Shown one piece after another: positions 18,855 to 31,137 of a stretch of 64,000 nt of DNA (position 1 is the first letter of the stretch; each line of letters starts with the position of its first letter). Both the position numbers and the translations under genes were made by a program. Source of the stretch: Candidatus Nanopelagicales bacterium. GTDB lineage: Bacteria; Actinomycetota; Actinomycetes; S36-B12. Location of the stretch: assembly GCA_030827125.1 (NCBI GenBank), contig JAURFD010000003.1, positions 65,607 through 129,606 of the forward strand, written 5' to 3'. Under the pieces are notes generated by a model. The model did no database searches, was not told the DNA's origin, and saw only the letters and a program-made list of their open reading frames with translations.

Positions 18855-20939
18855 ATGACCCAGGAGTCCTACCCCCGGCAGCGGGCCCGCACGCGCGGAT
18901 TCCGACTTGGCGCGCCACGGAGTACCGCGATCGATGCGACGAACGACCGCATCTACTTCCTGCGAGGCCGCTCGGGCACGGATCCGGTCAACGCACTGTG
19001 GGCCTTCGACATCTCGACAGGCGTTGAGACCTGCCTCGTGGATCCCACGGACATCGCATCGGACGGTGACCTTCCGCCCGAGGAGCGTGCTCGGCGGGAG
19101 CGACTGCGCGAGGTCACGGGCGGAATCACGGACTATGCGACGGACTCGACGCTCAGCCGCGCGTCGTTCGCCCTCGCCGGGAGCCCCTTCGTCGCTGACC
19201 TTGCCACGGGCATGGTGACGGCCCTTGCCGCTCCCGGCCCGGTCATTGACCCCCGGATCGACCCGACCGGCCAGCAGGTCGCCTACGTCTGCGAACGCGC
19301 GTTGTACGTCGCACCCACCGACGGCGGCCCCGCACGTGCCGTCGCCGTACCCGACAGGGACACGGCGAGTTGGGGCCTCGCCGACTTCATCGCGGCCGAG
19401 GAACTCGAGCGCATCCGCGGCTTCTGGTGGCTCGCCGACGGCAGCGGCCTTCTGGTCGAACGCGTGGACGTCGACCCCGTCGACGTGTGGTGGATTGCCG
19501 ACCCTGCGAATCCCGCGCACCCGCCAGCGGAGCACCGCTATCCCGCCGCCGGTCGACCCAACGCCGACCTGTCACTGTGGCTCGTGCCTCTCGCTGACGG
19601 CGCCGAACCGATCGACGTGACCTGGGATCACGAGGAGTTCCCCTATCTCACACGCGTCGACGTCGTCGACCACGCCGATCCCCTCGTGGCGGTGATGTCC
19701 CGTGACCAACGCCGTCAGCGCCTCTTCACCGCTGATCCGAACACCGGGGCGACGACCCTGGTCACCGAGCATGCCGACGATGACTGGATCGATGTCGTTC
19801 CCGGGAGTCCGACACGGTCTTCGACCGGAGCGCTGGTCGAGGTGCTGTCCGATCGCGCTCACGACACCAATCGGGTCTATGTGGACGGCGACGCACTCAG
19901 CCCGGTGGGACTGCAGGTGTCGGCCCTGCTTGACGTCGGCGAGGACATACTTGTCTCAGCCAGCGACGACCCGGTCCGTGAAGGCGTCTATCGCATCGGT
20001 GCTGACGGATCGGCGGTCCGGCTTCCCCTCCCCGGTATCGCCTCGGCGCGACGGTCGGGCGACGTGCTCATCACGACATCGACCGACGTCGACCGCACGA
20101 CGAGCGAGATGGCGGTGTGGCGAGCCAGCGATCACGTCGGCACCATCGCGTCGTTCGCGGAGACTCCGTGCATCTCCCCGCAGGTCACCCTCCATGTCCT
20201 GGGCGATCGGCAACTGCGGGTCGCCGTCCTCTTCCCGACCGGCCACGTCCCGGGAAGTCAGCATCTGCCCATCATCTGTTCGCCGTACGGCGGCCCGCAT
20301 GCGCGCATGGTGGTCGCCTCCGGCCTTGCCTTCGGTACGAATCAATGGCTGGCCGACCAGGGCTTCGCGGTGATCGTTGCCGACGGGCGCGGGACCCCGG
20401 GTCGCGGCCCGGCCTGGGATCGCAGCGTGCGCGGAGATCTGGCGAGCCCTGCGCTCGAAGATCAGGTGGCCGCCGTCCTGGCTGCTGTGGAGATGTATCC
20501 CGATGATCTGGATCCGACGCGCGTAGGGATTCGCGGCTGGTCCTTCGGCGGCTACCTCGCCGCGCTCGCGGTCCTGCGTCGACCCGACGTCTTCCATGCG
20601 GCAGTCGCGGGCGCACCGGTCACCGACTGGCGCCTGTACGACACCGGGTATACGGAGCGCTATCTCGGGATGCCCGCGGATGAAGACGCGGCGTACGAGG
20701 CGTCCTCACTGATCCCTCTCGCCGCGGGCCTGACACGACCGCTGCTCATCATTCACGGACTCGCGGATGACAACGTCGTGGCGGCGCACACCCTGCGGTT
20801 GAGTTCGGCGCTGTTGGCCGCCGGTCGACCGCACAGCGTGCTTCCACTGACAGGGGTCACGCACATGACCCCGCAGGAGGTCGTCGCCGAGAACCTGCTG
20901 CGCGCCGAACTCGACTTCTTCACCGAGCACTTGCACTAG
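18855..20939 (+). CDS. S9 family serine peptidase (prolyl oligopeptidase / dipeptidyl aminopeptidase type)
   Basis: An N-terminal beta-propeller region is followed by a C-terminal alpha/beta hydrolase with nucleophile motif GWSFGGY and the GLADDNV Asp motif. Confidence 0.9.
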   Translation: MTQESYPRQRARTRGFRLGAPRSTAIDATNDRIYFLRGRSGTDPVNALWAFDISTGVETCLVDPTDIASDGDLPPEERARRERLREVTGGITDYATDSTLSRASFALAGSPFVADLATGMVTALAAPGPVIDPRIDPTGQQVAYVCERALYVAPTDGGPARAVAVPDRDTASWGLADFIAAEELERIRGFWWLADGSGLLVERVDVDPVDVWWIADPANPAHPPAEHRYPAAGRPNADLSLWLVPLADGAEPIDVTWDHEEFPYLTRVDVVDHADPLVAVMSRDQRRQRLFTADPNTGATTLVTEHADDDWIDVVPGSPTRSSTGALVEVLSDRAHDTNRVYVDGDALSPVGLQVSALLDVGEDILVSASDDPVREGVYRIGADGSAVRLPLPGIASARRSGDVLITTSTDVDRTTSEMAVWRASDHVGTIASFAETPCISPQVTLHVLGDRQLRVAVLFPTGHVPGSQHLPIICSPYGGPHARMVVASGLAFGTNQWLADQGFAVIVADGRGTPGRGPAWDRSVRGDLASPALEDQVAAVLAAVEMYPDDLDPTRVGIRGWSFGGYLAALAVLRRPDVFHAAVAGAPVTDWRLYDTGYTERYLGMPADEDAAYEASSLIPLAAGLTRPLLIIHGLADDNVVAAHTLRLSSALLAAGRPHSVLPLTGVTHMTPQEVVAENLLRAELDFFTEHLH

Positions 20940-20958
20940 CGAGGTATTGATCGATGGG

Positions 20959-22119
20959 CTAGATGCCTTCGTCGGTGCTGTTGGCCGAGTCGAGGCGGGT
21001 CGTGCCCACGGCACCGAGGTCGGTGATCGACTCGCTGAAGTAGCCCGGCTCGGGTTCGAGCGGCGCGGTGAGTCCGGAGTCCGGGCCGTGGATGACCTCG
21101 CCGATTCTCTGCTCTTCGATCGGGAAGTGGCAGGCCACCAGATGCCCCTGCCCCATATCGCGCATGATCGGCACCTCGGTGCGGCAGCGATCCTGCGCGA
21201 CGAAACAGCGGGTGTGGAAGACACAGCCCGACGGCGGATTGAGCGGACTGGGCAGGTCGCCACCGAGCACGATGCGTTCACGCTGGGTCTGCGCCTCCGG
21301 ATCCGGGATGGGTACGGCGGACAGCAGCGCGTGGGTGTAGGGATGCAGCGGGCGCTTGTAAAGCTCCTCACGCGAAGACGACTCCACGATGTGCCCGAGA
21401 TACATCACCGCGACGCGGTCGGCGATCTGGCGCACCACGGCGAGGTCGTGTGCGATGAAGAGATAGGAGACACCGAAGTCATCCTGCAGGTCCTGCAGCA
21501 GGTTCAAGATCTGCGCCTGGATGGACACATCCAGGGCGGACACCGGCTCATCGCAGATGATCAACTTAGGGCGAAGCGCAATGGCGCGCGCAATGCCGAT
21601 GCGCTGACGCTGGCCGCCCGAGAACTCATTGGGATAGCGGTTGACGTGCTCCGGGTTCAGTCCCACCCGATCCAAGAGTTCGCGCACGGCGGTCCGCACT
21701 CCCCCGGGCGGCTCGACGCCTTGAATGCGGAAGGGGGCGGCAATGATCGATCCGATCGTCTGCCGAGGATTGAGCGCGTTATAGGGGTCCTGGAAGATCA
21801 TTTGCGCCTCGCGACGCAGCGGGCGCAGTTGGCGACGCGACAGGTTGGTGATGTCGGTCCCGTTGAGTTCCACGCTGCCGGCGGTGGGCTGCGTGAGCCG
21901 CAGGATGGCGCGGCCCGTCGTGGACTTGCCGCATCCGCTCTCACCGACCAGCCCCAGCGTCTTGCCCGCCTCGACGTGCAGGCTCACGCCGTCCACGGCC
22001 TTGATCTGGCCGATGGTGCGAGGGAAGACCCCGCGCGACCGCACCGGGAAATAGACCTGGAGGTCACGCACATCGAGGACGCGCTCGGAGTCAGCGGGCA
22101 CCGAACACCTCCTCGGCAT
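20959..22119 (-). CDS. peptide ABC transporter ATP-binding protein (DppF/OppF-like)
   Basis: It has Walker A GESGCGKST, signature FSGGQRQR, and an oligopeptide C-terminal extension with Cys residues. Confidence 0.9.
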   Translation of the reverse strand: MPRRCSVPADSERVLDVRDLQVYFPVRSRGVFPRTIGQIKAVDGVSLHVEAGKTLGLVGESGCGKSTTGRAILRLTQPTAGSVELNGTDITNLSRRQLRPLRREAQMIFQDPYNALNPRQTIGSIIAAPFRIQGVEPPGGVRTAVRELLDRVGLNPEHVNRYPNEFSGGQRQRIGIARAIALRPKLIICDEPVSALDVSIQAQILNLLQDLQDDFGVSYLFIAHDLAVVRQIADRVAVMYLGHIVESSSREELYKRPLHPYTHALLSAVPIPDPEAQTQRERIVLGGDLPSPLNPPSGCVFHTRCFVAQDRCRTEVPIMRDMGQGHLVACHFPIEEQRIGEVIHGPDSGLTAPLEPEPGYFSESITDLGAVGTTRLDSANSTDEGI

Positions 22120-23104
22120 GGACCTGTGCGGTGAGGTGGCAACGGGCCGTGTGCCCGGCAGCCACCTCGAGAAGCTCGGGCTCGGTCGTCACACACAGGT
22201 CACCACGGACCTCGTCACGACGACCGCAGCGGGGGTGGAAGACGCAGCCCGACGGCAGGTTGATCAGCGATGGCGGATTGCCGGGGATCGGATCCAAGCG
22301 TGCATTGCGATCGGAGTCGAGGCGCGGAACCGACGCGAGGAGGCCCTGCGTGTAGGGCATGGCCGGTCGGTAGTAGACGTCGTCGATGGAGCCGTACTCC
22401 ACTACCCGACCGCCGTACATCACACAGACATGGTCGGCCATATCGGCGACGACTCCCAGGTCGTGCGTGATGATGATGAGGGTCGTGCCGGTCTGCTTCT
22501 GCAGTTCGACCATGAGCTCAGTGATCTGGGCCTGGACCGTCACATCGAGCGCCGTTGTCGGCTCGTCCGCGATAAGCAATTGCGGTTCGTTGATGAGGGC
22601 CATCGCGATCATGACGCGCTGGCGCATGCCGCCGGAGAGTTGATGCGGGTAGTCATCAATGCGCTGTTCTGGGGCGGGAATGCCCACGCGGCGCAGCCCA
22701 TCGATCGCCCGATTGCGGGCCTCCTTGCGACTGACCTTGCGGTGCACGCGCACGGCTTCGGTGAGTTGATCACCGATGCGATAGAACGGGTGGAGACTGG
22801 ACAGCGGATCTTGAAAGATCATCGCCATGCGGGCGCCGCGCAAGCGGCGGATCTCATCGTCGTCGAGCGCGAGCAGGTCGCTGCCATCCAGCACTACCTG
22901 GCCGCTGATATCGGCGCTGCGACGACTGAGCAGCCCCATGATCGCCTGAGCGGTGACGGACTTGCCCGAGCCCGACTCGCCCACGATGGCGAGCGTCTCC
23001 CCCTGGGCGACGTTGAAGGATGAGCCGTCGACCGCGCGCACGACGCCGTCCTCGGTGCGGAAGGACACGCGCAGGTCGTTGACCTCGAGGAAGGGAGCGC
23101 TCAT
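22091..23104 (-). CDS. peptide ABC transporter ATP-binding protein (DppD/OppD-like)
   Basis: It has Walker A GESGSGKS, signature LSGGMRQR and Walker [13 protein letters not shown]. Confidence 0.9.
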   Translation of the reverse strand: MSAPFLEVNDLRVSFRTEDGVVRAVDGSSFNVAQGETLAIVGESGSGKSVTAQAIMGLLSRRSADISGQVVLDGSDLLALDDDEIRRLRGARMAMIFQDPLSSLHPFYRIGDQLTEAVRVHRKVSRKEARNRAIDGLRRVGIPAPEQRIDDYPHQLSGGMRQRVMIAMALINEPQLLIADEPTTALDVTVQAQITELMVELQKQTGTTLIIITHDLGVVADMADHVCVMYGGRVVEYGSIDDVYYRPAMPYTQGLLASVPRLDSDRNARLDPIPGNPPSLINLPSGCVFHPRCGRRDEVRGDLCVTTEPELLEVAAGHTARCHLTAQVHAEEVFGAR

Positions 23105-24090
23105 GTCGGCCTCACCCTGGGGTCAATGAAGGCGTAAAGGATGTCGACGATGAGGTTGGCCACGATGATGAACGTCGCCGTGATGAGCGTGATGCCGACG
23201 AGGATCGACTGGTCAGGGTTGAGCACCGACGAGATCGCGAGGCTACCCAATCCGGGCAGGCTGAAGATCGTCTCGAGGATGATCGCCCCGCCCAACAATC
23301 CGGCCAGGTCAAGACCTGCGGCCGTGACGATCGGGGTGAGACCCGCGCGCAGGGCGTGCTTGCCGATAACGACGCGCTCCTTCAACCCCTTAGCACGCGC
23401 GGTACGAATGAAGTCCTCGCTGAGCGTCTCGAGCATCTGACTTCGGGTCAGTCGTGTGTAGAAGGCCGCATACAGCACCGCCAGCACGATCCAGGGCAGG
23501 ATCATCGTCTGGAGGAATTGCACAGGGTCTTCCCACGGGTTCACGTAGTCGGGGAACGGCAGCAACTGCCATCGGATGATGACGAAGAAGATGACAACAA
23601 GGCCGATGAAGAAGGACGGCAGGGAATAGCCGATGAGCGAGACTCCGGTGATTGCCTTGTCCTGCCAACGACCGCGACGCAGCGCGCTGTAGACACCGAG
23701 GCCGACACCGCCGATGAGAAAGATGACGAAGGCGCCGAGCGCGAGGAAGACGGTGGCGGGAAGGCGGTCGAGGATGAGCTCGAGGACCGGCTCGGACTTG
23801 GTGAAGGACCAGCCGAGGCACGGCGCCTCGCAAACCAGTGCCCCTTCGCCCACCCCGTAGGTGCGGCCGACGAAGATCGCCGAGAGGAAGAGCCAATACT
23901 GCTCGAAGATCGACTTGTCGAGCCCGAGCCGTGCGCGATTGAGTTCGATGGTCTGGTCGGTGCAGATCTTGCCGCAGGTGAGACGTGCGACATCGGCGGG
24001 CAGGATGCTGAAGAGGAAGAAGACCGCGAAGCTCAGGAGTAGGAGCATCAACAGCATGATGAGCACGCGGCGCACGACGAACGCGCTCAT
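23101..24090 (-). CDS. peptide ABC transporter permease (DppB/OppB-like)
   Basis: 329 aa with 6 TM helices and the EAA-type loop FIRTARAKGLKERVVIGKHALR. Confidence 0.9.
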   Translation of the reverse strand: MSAFVVRRVLIMLLMLLLLSFAVFFLFSILPADVARLTCGKICTDQTIELNRARLGLDKSIFEQYWLFLSAIFVGRTYGVGEGALVCEAPCLGWSFTKSEPVLELILDRLPATVFLALGAFVIFLIGGVGLGVYSALRRGRWQDKAITGVSLIGYSLPSFFIGLVVIFFVIIRWQLLPFPDYVNPWEDPVQFLQTMILPWIVLAVLYAAFYTRLTRSQMLETLSEDFIRTARAKGLKERVVIGKHALRAGLTPIVTAAGLDLAGLLGGAIILETIFSLPGLGSLAISSVLNPDQSILVGITLITATFIIVANLIVDILYAFIDPRVRPT

Positions 24091-24146
24091 GTCCTACCCC
24101 CTTCCGTCGTCGTGTTGGGTTGGTTTCTCAGGTGGGCTGATGGTGC

Positions 24147-24180
24147 GCGTGGAGGGGGCGGCGAACCGCCCCCTCCACGC
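24147..24180 (-). terminator. strong intra-operon hairpin after the binding-protein gene
   Basis: A perfect 15-bp GC-rich stem pairs GCGTGGAGGGGGCGG with CCGCCCCCTCCACGC around a CGAA loop. It lies in the 99-nt gap between the binding-protein stop (24190) and the permease start (24090). Confidence 0.6.
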
Positions 24181-24189
24181 TGACGCCGA

Positions 24190-25962
24190 TTACTGCGCGG
24201 CGTACATGATCGGGTACGGGTAGGACCCGTACGCCGCCCAGCTGAAGATCGGACCGACACTGGTGCCGGCCAGACGCTGGTCACGACCGAAGCGGGTCGG
24301 GACCGTCCACATCTTCTGGGCTGCGATCTTGTCGAGCTCCTGCCACATGGTGGCCTGCTTCTCGCGATCGAGCTCAACCGATGCGGCCTGAACCTGCTTG
24401 TTGAACTCCTTGTCGTCCACCTTCGACAGGTTCCAGCCCTGCACGAACAGCGGCGGGATCACGGTGGAGGCGTTGGGCCAGTCCGGGCCCCAGCCGCCGA
24501 ACATGATCTCGTTGCCGTCCTTGAACACGACGCCGTAGTACTGGCCGCGCTCAATCGGGTTCGGCTTCACGGTGATACCGGCGCGAGCGAGGGACTCGAC
24601 CCAAATGGCAACGGCCTTGTCGTTGTCCTCGGTCTGGCCGTAGTCAACGGTGATCTCCGTCGGGCAGTTGTTGCCCTCGGCGAGGAGCTTCTTGGCGAAC
24701 TCCGGATCACCGGTACCGGGCACAGGCTGGCCGAGCAGGCCGTCCCACAGTCCGGTCGGTGCGTAGTCGATGCCGATGTTGGGCTTGACGACACCGTCGG
24801 CCAGCTCACCGGCGTAGGTGCCACCGGCGTTGAGCAGGAGAGCGTCACGGTCGAGGGCGACACCGATGGCCTGGCGGCACTTCTCGTCCGGAATCTTCTC
24901 GGCGTTAACGGCCGCGTAGATGGTGTACGGGTCGAACGCGTCAATGCGACGCGACTCGTACTGCGCATCCTCGAACACGACGGGGAGAGCGGCCGTGGTC
25001 AGGCTCTGCACCATGGCGTAGGCGTCGTCGCCGGAGCTCTGCATGACGCGCTGCTCGCCGACGGTCTCCTCAATGCCGAAGTCGATCACCCAGCTGTCCG
25101 GCAGGGCCAGACGGTAGGGATCGCTGTCCTTGTTCCACGCCTCGTTGCGGACGAGGACAAGCTTGCCGCCCGCACCCTTCGAGTACTCGGCGATCTTGTA
25201 GGGGCCGTTGGACATCGGCTTGTTGGCGTACTCCTCGCCCGTCGCCATGCCCGCAGGCACCGCGCTGAAGCCGAGGGTCACGGCGTAGTTGAAGTCCGGA
25301 ACCGGCTGGTTCAAGTTGAAGGTGATGGTGTTGCCATCACAGGTCACGGCCTTGTCGAAGAGCTCCTGGCCGGTGCCGTCCGCGGGGCCGGCGTACGCCG
25401 AGTTGCCCTCTTCGTCGACGGGGATGTCGAGGTACGACACGCCATAGACCGGGCCGCCCTCGGCGAGTCCGGTATCGAACTGGCGCGAGGTGCCGTAGGC
25501 GACGTCCTGACAGGTGACGGGCGAGCCGTCCTCCCACGTAATGCCATCACGCAGGGTGAAGGACCAGGTCTTGCCCTCGTTGCTCACGGTGCCGGTGTCG
25601 GTCGCCATGTCGGGCACGAGGGTCGTGCCCTCGGTGTCGCCAGGAGCAACCTGGTACGCCGTGAGGGAGCGCATGATCGTCGCACCGAGGAACGCGAGGT
25701 CCTCACCGGTGTAGATGACCTGCGGATCCAGCGACAGCAACTGCTCCGCGCTGGTGAGGATGGAGAGGGTGCCGCCCGCCTGGCCGTCGTCGGGGGTCGG
25801 CGCCGAGGAGTCGCTACTGGACGACGATGACGAGGAGTCACCACCGGACGACGATGACGAGGAGTCACCGCCATCCGAGGAGCTGCCACCACAGGCAGCG
25901 AGAACAAGGGCGCCGGTCGCGACACCAATCGCGAGCGTTGCCCCCTTTCGGAACTTCAGCAT
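24190..25962 (-). CDS. ABC transporter substrate-binding lipoprotein, family 5 (peptide/nickel)
   Basis: The ATG at 25962 is preceded by GGAGGAAAC. A lipobox is present (LVLAACGG), followed by a Ser/Gly/Asp-rich linker and the SBP_bac_5 body. Confidence 0.9.
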   Translation of the reverse strand: MLKFRKGATLAIGVATGALVLAACGGSSSDGGDSSSSSSGGDSSSSSSSSDSSAPTPDDGQAGGTLSILTSAEQLLSLDPQVIYTGEDLAFLGATIMRSLTAYQVAPGDTEGTTLVPDMATDTGTVSNEGKTWSFTLRDGITWEDGSPVTCQDVAYGTSRQFDTGLAEGGPVYGVSYLDIPVDEEGNSAYAGPADGTGQELFDKAVTCDGNTITFNLNQPVPDFNYAVTLGFSAVPAGMATGEEYANKPMSNGPYKIAEYSKGAGGKLVLVRNEAWNKDSDPYRLALPDSWVIDFGIEETVGEQRVMQSSGDDAYAMVQSLTTAALPVVFEDAQYESRRIDAFDPYTIYAAVNAEKIPDEKCRQAIGVALDRDALLLNAGGTYAGELADGVVKPNIGIDYAPTGLWDGLLGQPVPGTGDPEFAKKLLAEGNNCPTEITVDYGQTEDNDKAVAIWVESLARAGITVKPNPIERGQYYGVVFKDGNEIMFGGWGPDWPNASTVIPPLFVQGWNLSKVDDKEFNKQVQAASVELDREKQATMWQELDKIAAQKMWTVPTRFGRDQRLAGTSVGPIFSWAAYGSYPYPIMYAAQ

Positions 25963-26062
25963 GTTTCCTCCTTGTGTGCAGAACAGGCCGAACGCACAGG
26001 CGCGGCCTCTCCCCCGAGAAACGCACGATGCGCGTCGGCGGGCGGGAGTGAGTGGAGGCGGC

Positions 26063-27076
26063 TCATCGCTTTGCCGCCTTGGGGTCGAGGGCATCGCGCA
26101 CCGAGTCGCCCGCGAGATTGAACGCGACAACGATGATGACGAGCAGCGTGCCCGGGATGAAGAGATACGAAGGAACGAGGGTCCAGTACTGCGTGGACGC
26201 ACCCAGCATGGCGCCGAAGGACGGGTCCGGCGGTAGGACGCCCACACCGAGGAAGGACAGCACGGCCTCCGTCGCGACGTAGACCGGCAGGAGCAGGGTG
26301 GCGTAGACGAGAATCGGCGCCCACAGGTTGGGCAGGATCTCGCGGAAGAGGATGCGCGGGGTGCTGGCACCGAGCGAGACCGCTGACTCCACGAACTCGC
26401 GCTCGCGCAGGCTGAGGACTTCACCGCGCACGATGCGCGCGAGGTAGGGCCAGCCGAAGATGCCGAGCACGAGGATCAGGTAGGTGATGCGCGAGGCATT
26501 GCCCTCGGGAACGCCGAGGTCGGTGAGGCGCTGGGTCATCGTGCCGGAGAGCGCCAGGATGATGAGGAAGAACGGGAAGGCGAGGATGAGGTCCATCAGT
26601 CGACCGATGGAGGCATCGACCCAGCCGCGCGCGTAGCCGGAGATGATCCCGAAGAGCGTGCCGAGAATAACGACCAGGATCGTGGCGGAGAACGCGATGA
26701 GCAGCGAAATGCGCAGCCCGTAGATCAGTCGAGCGAAGATGTCGCGACCCGTCCCCCATTCGACGCCGAGCGGGTGCTCCCAACTGGCGCCGCCCCACGG
26801 TCCGATGGGCTTGCCCCCGGCCGGGTCAAGGACATCGGGGTCCAGCGAGTAGGGGTCGACACCGAGGAATCCGGTGATGACCGGGGCAAAGATCGCGGCG
26901 AGAAGGAAGAAGGCCAGGATGATCGTCGAGACGATGAACGTCTTGTCCCGGCGCAGTCGGCCCCAGGCGATTTGCGTCAGGGAGCGACCCTTGACGTCGG
27001 AGGGATCGGCCTCCGAGGCACGACTCTCCGTTTCCACCACCTGCGACACGCCACCCTCCACGGGAGTGAAGACCAC
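26063..27076 (-). CDS. peptide ABC transporter permease (DppC/OppC-like)
   Basis: 337 aa with an N-terminal OppC-type helix, 6 TM helices and the EAA loop FVESAVSLGASTPRILFREILPN. Confidence 0.9.
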   Translation of the reverse strand: MVFTPVEGGVSQVVETESRASEADPSDVKGRSLTQIAWGRLRRDKTFIVSTIILAFFLLAAIFAPVITGFLGVDPYSLDPDVLDPAGGKPIGPWGGASWEHPLGVEWGTGRDIFARLIYGLRISLLIAFSATILVVILGTLFGIISGYARGWVDASIGRLMDLILAFPFFLIILALSGTMTQRLTDLGVPEGNASRITYLILVLGIFGWPYLARIVRGEVLSLREREFVESAVSLGASTPRILFREILPNLWAPILVYATLLLPVYVATEAVLSFLGVGVLPPDPSFGAMLGASTQYWTLVPSYLFIPGTLLVIIVVAFNLAGDSVRDALDPKAAKR

Positions 27077-27291
27077 GCACCGTCGGGAGTCCCCGGCAGC
27101 GGCGCAACTGTACGGCCAACCTGCTACCTATGGGTAACTTCCTGGACCGACGGGAGGCATTCGTAACCAATTCGCGATCATCAGCGGCCGCGCTTGCGGT
27201 CAGCAAAGAGACCAAAGGCCCGAATAACACCTGAGTCGAGCGACCTATGTCCCCGCACCGGGTGACCCGGGAGGCCGCCCAGCGGCAAGGT

Positions 27292-29154
<1,863 letters not shown>

Positions 29155-29163
29155 CGGGAGACC

Positions 29164-29550
29164 CTACGTGGGGCCCTGACCGAGCCGTGCCACCGCCTCA
29201 CGATCGGAGTCCAACCAGGGAATCTCGGTGAACTCTGCCGGACTCACCCAGCGCAGGTCATCGTGGTGGTCCAGAGGAGTCGGCTCACCATCGATGAGAC
29301 GTGCGACGTAGAGGTGGAGGACGAGGTCGTCGTGCAATTCCCACTCCCCCGGCACCCGGTGGTCGACCTCAACCGTCACGCCGAGCTCCTCGCGCAACTC
29401 CCGGATGAGTGCGGCCTCCTCGGACTCCCCCGGCTCGACCTTGCCCCCGGGGAACTCCCAGCGCCCCGCTGCCCAGTCCGGACGGGTACGCCGGGCCGCA
29501 AGGTAGCGACCGTCTCGCTCGATGGCCCCGGCGACAACGACGATGCTCAC
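29164..29550 (-). CDS. NUDIX hydrolase (MutT-like (d)NTP pyrophosphohydrolase)
   Basis: The Nudix box GGKVEPGESEEAALIRELREELGV is present. The GTG at 29550 is preferred because it avoids overlap with the upstream ACT gene; the ORF-track start is 29589. Confidence 0.85.
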   Translation of the reverse strand: MSIVVVAGAIERDGRYLAARRTRPDWAAGRWEFPGGKVEPGESEEAALIRELREELGVTVEVDHRVPGEWELHDDLVLHLYVARLIDGEPTPLDHHDDLRWVSPAEFTEIPWLDSDREAVARLGQGPT

Positions 29551-29563
29551 GCGATCTCGATGG

Positions 29564-29941
29564 TCATGTGATGTCGATGTCAGCCGCACGCCAGGTGATC
29601 TCGGCGGCTTCTCCGCGATCGGCGCTCACCAGGATGTAGTCGGTGTCGAAGGTGGCGACAGCGAGGAGTGCGATGCCGGCAGCGGCCAGCGGCGCGGTGA
29701 GCGCCGCCATGACCCCGACGACATCGAAGTCCATCGCGTCAGGTACGCGGTACGCGAGCCAGGGCGCTTCAGTGCGTTGGGCGTCGACATGAATACCCGC
29801 ATCGGTGATCACGCTGAGTTCCTCGGCGGATCGCGACACCGAGACGAAGGGCGACGCCCACACGGTCGAAGGCACCGCAGCATCGGGGGCGAAACGATGC
29901 ACGGCGTACTCACCGGGAACCCTCGACAGGCGCAGCGACAT
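29564..29941 (-). CDS. ACT-domain protein
   Basis: 125 aa small protein. The pattern GEYAVHRF...SVITD... then GVMAALTAPLAAAGIALLAVATFDTDYILV is typical of ACT_7-type proteins. Confidence 0.6.
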   Translation of the reverse strand: MSLRLSRVPGEYAVHRFAPDAAVPSTVWASPFVSVSRSAEELSVITDAGIHVDAQRTEAPWLAYRVPDAMDFDVVGVMAALTAPLAAAGIALLAVATFDTDYILVSADRGEAAEITWRAADIDIT

Positions 29942-29993
29942 GCCCGGATCCTACGGTTGATCGGACATACACACCGAGGAAGAAGGTTCCGTC

Positions 29994-30593
29994 ATGACCT
30001 GGTACTCCGAGATCCCAGCCCGCCGCGCACGGCAGATCGCCGGTGACCTGTGGCTCGTGGCGTGGAGCGCGTTGTGGATCTGGGTGGCGTTCCGCCTGTA
30101 TGACCTCGTGATGAATCTCGCCGGCCCCGGTCAGGCAATCTCGGATAGCGCGAATGATCTCGCCGCACAGTTCGACGACGCGGGAGGCGCGGTCGCGCAG
30201 GTCCCGCTCATCGGTGACGCACTTCGCTCGCCGTTCGACGGCATGGGCACGGCGGCGATCGCCATCGCTGATGCCGGTCAGACGTTGGCTGATGCGGTGG
30301 GGGTGCTGGCCCGCTTCCTGGCGATAGCGCTCGGGGTGCTGGGTATCGCGTCGTGGGCAATGGTGTGGGTACCGGTTCGGATCGCGTTCATTCGACGGGC
30401 CACGGCCGCACGGCGCTTCCTTGATGCGACCGAGGACCTCGATCTGTTTGCCCTTCGCGCGATGGCCCGTCAGCCGCTGCATCTGCTTGCGCGGATCAGT
30501 GACGATCCGGCGGGCGCCTGGCGGCGCGGGGATCGCGACGTGATCTCGGCCCTCGCCTCGCTCGAACTGCGCGCCGAGGGACTCGTGCGCTGA
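29994..30593 (+). CDS. hypothetical membrane protein
   Basis: 199 aa ORF with 2 clear TM helices and good codon bias. No family was recognised. Confidence 0.5.
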   Translation: MTWYSEIPARRARQIAGDLWLVAWSALWIWVAFRLYDLVMNLAGPGQAISDSANDLAAQFDDAGGAVAQVPLIGDALRSPFDGMGTAAIAIADAGQTLADAVGVLARFLAIALGVLGIASWAMVWVPVRIAFIRRATAARRFLDATEDLDLFALRAMARQPLHLLARISDDPAGAWRRGDRDVISALASLELRAEGLVR

Positions 30594-31058
30594 TCACTCG
30601 GCGAGGAAGTTGCCCAGGGAGTCGAAGTAGCTCTCCATGCCCTGTTGCGCCATCTGCGCCTGCTCGGCCGGCATGTCGCCGTACTGAGCGAAGCGCACCC
30701 ACGAACCGTTGACCCGAGGTTCGATATCGATGACGACGAGATGCTGCTCGGCGTCGTCCGAGTGCTCGAGGAAGTCCGCCTCATCCTGGGAGTACGACAT
30801 GGAATGCATGAGTCGCCGGGGCTCATCGACCTCGGAGTAGCGACCCCAAAAGTAAGCGATGTGACCGTAGGCGGATGCGTCCACCGCGGTGGCCCACCGG
30901 CCGCCGATCACGGGCTCGGACACTGTCGATCCGGGAACGACGACAAGGTCCGTCGGCGCGTACCACTCTTGCAGGGCGTCGGAGTCAGTCCAGGCATGCC
31001 ACATGCGATCAACCGGAACGGAGTACTCACGCTCCACGGAGTAGGCGAGATCACTCAT
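30594..31058 (-). CDS. SRPBCC / AHSA1 (activator of Hsp90 ATPase homolog 1-like) domain protein
   Basis: 154 aa. The sequence RMWHAWTDSDALQEWYAP is typical of the AHSA1 family. Confidence 0.75.
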   Translation of the reverse strand: MSDLAYSVEREYSVPVDRMWHAWTDSDALQEWYAPTDLVVVPGSTVSEPVIGGRWATAVDASAYGHIAYFWGRYSEVDEPRRLMHSMSYSQDEADFLEHSDDAEQHLVVIDIEPRVNGSWVRFAQYGDMPAEQAQMAQQGMESYFDSLGNFLAE

Positions 31059-31137
31059 GGCGCGATGGTGTCACGCCGGAGGGACCTCTCGCCGAGGGTC
31101 ACGGTCATTGACGTCCGGTCGCCTTCATGCAGTTCCA

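Noticed and set aside
25963-26424. The N-terminal 154-codon extension of ORF 24190..26424.
   Set aside because: The extension overlaps the dppC-like permease gene in another frame and is Ser/Arg/Pro-rich junk. The internal ATG at 25962 has a strong RBS and is followed by a lipoprotein signal peptide.
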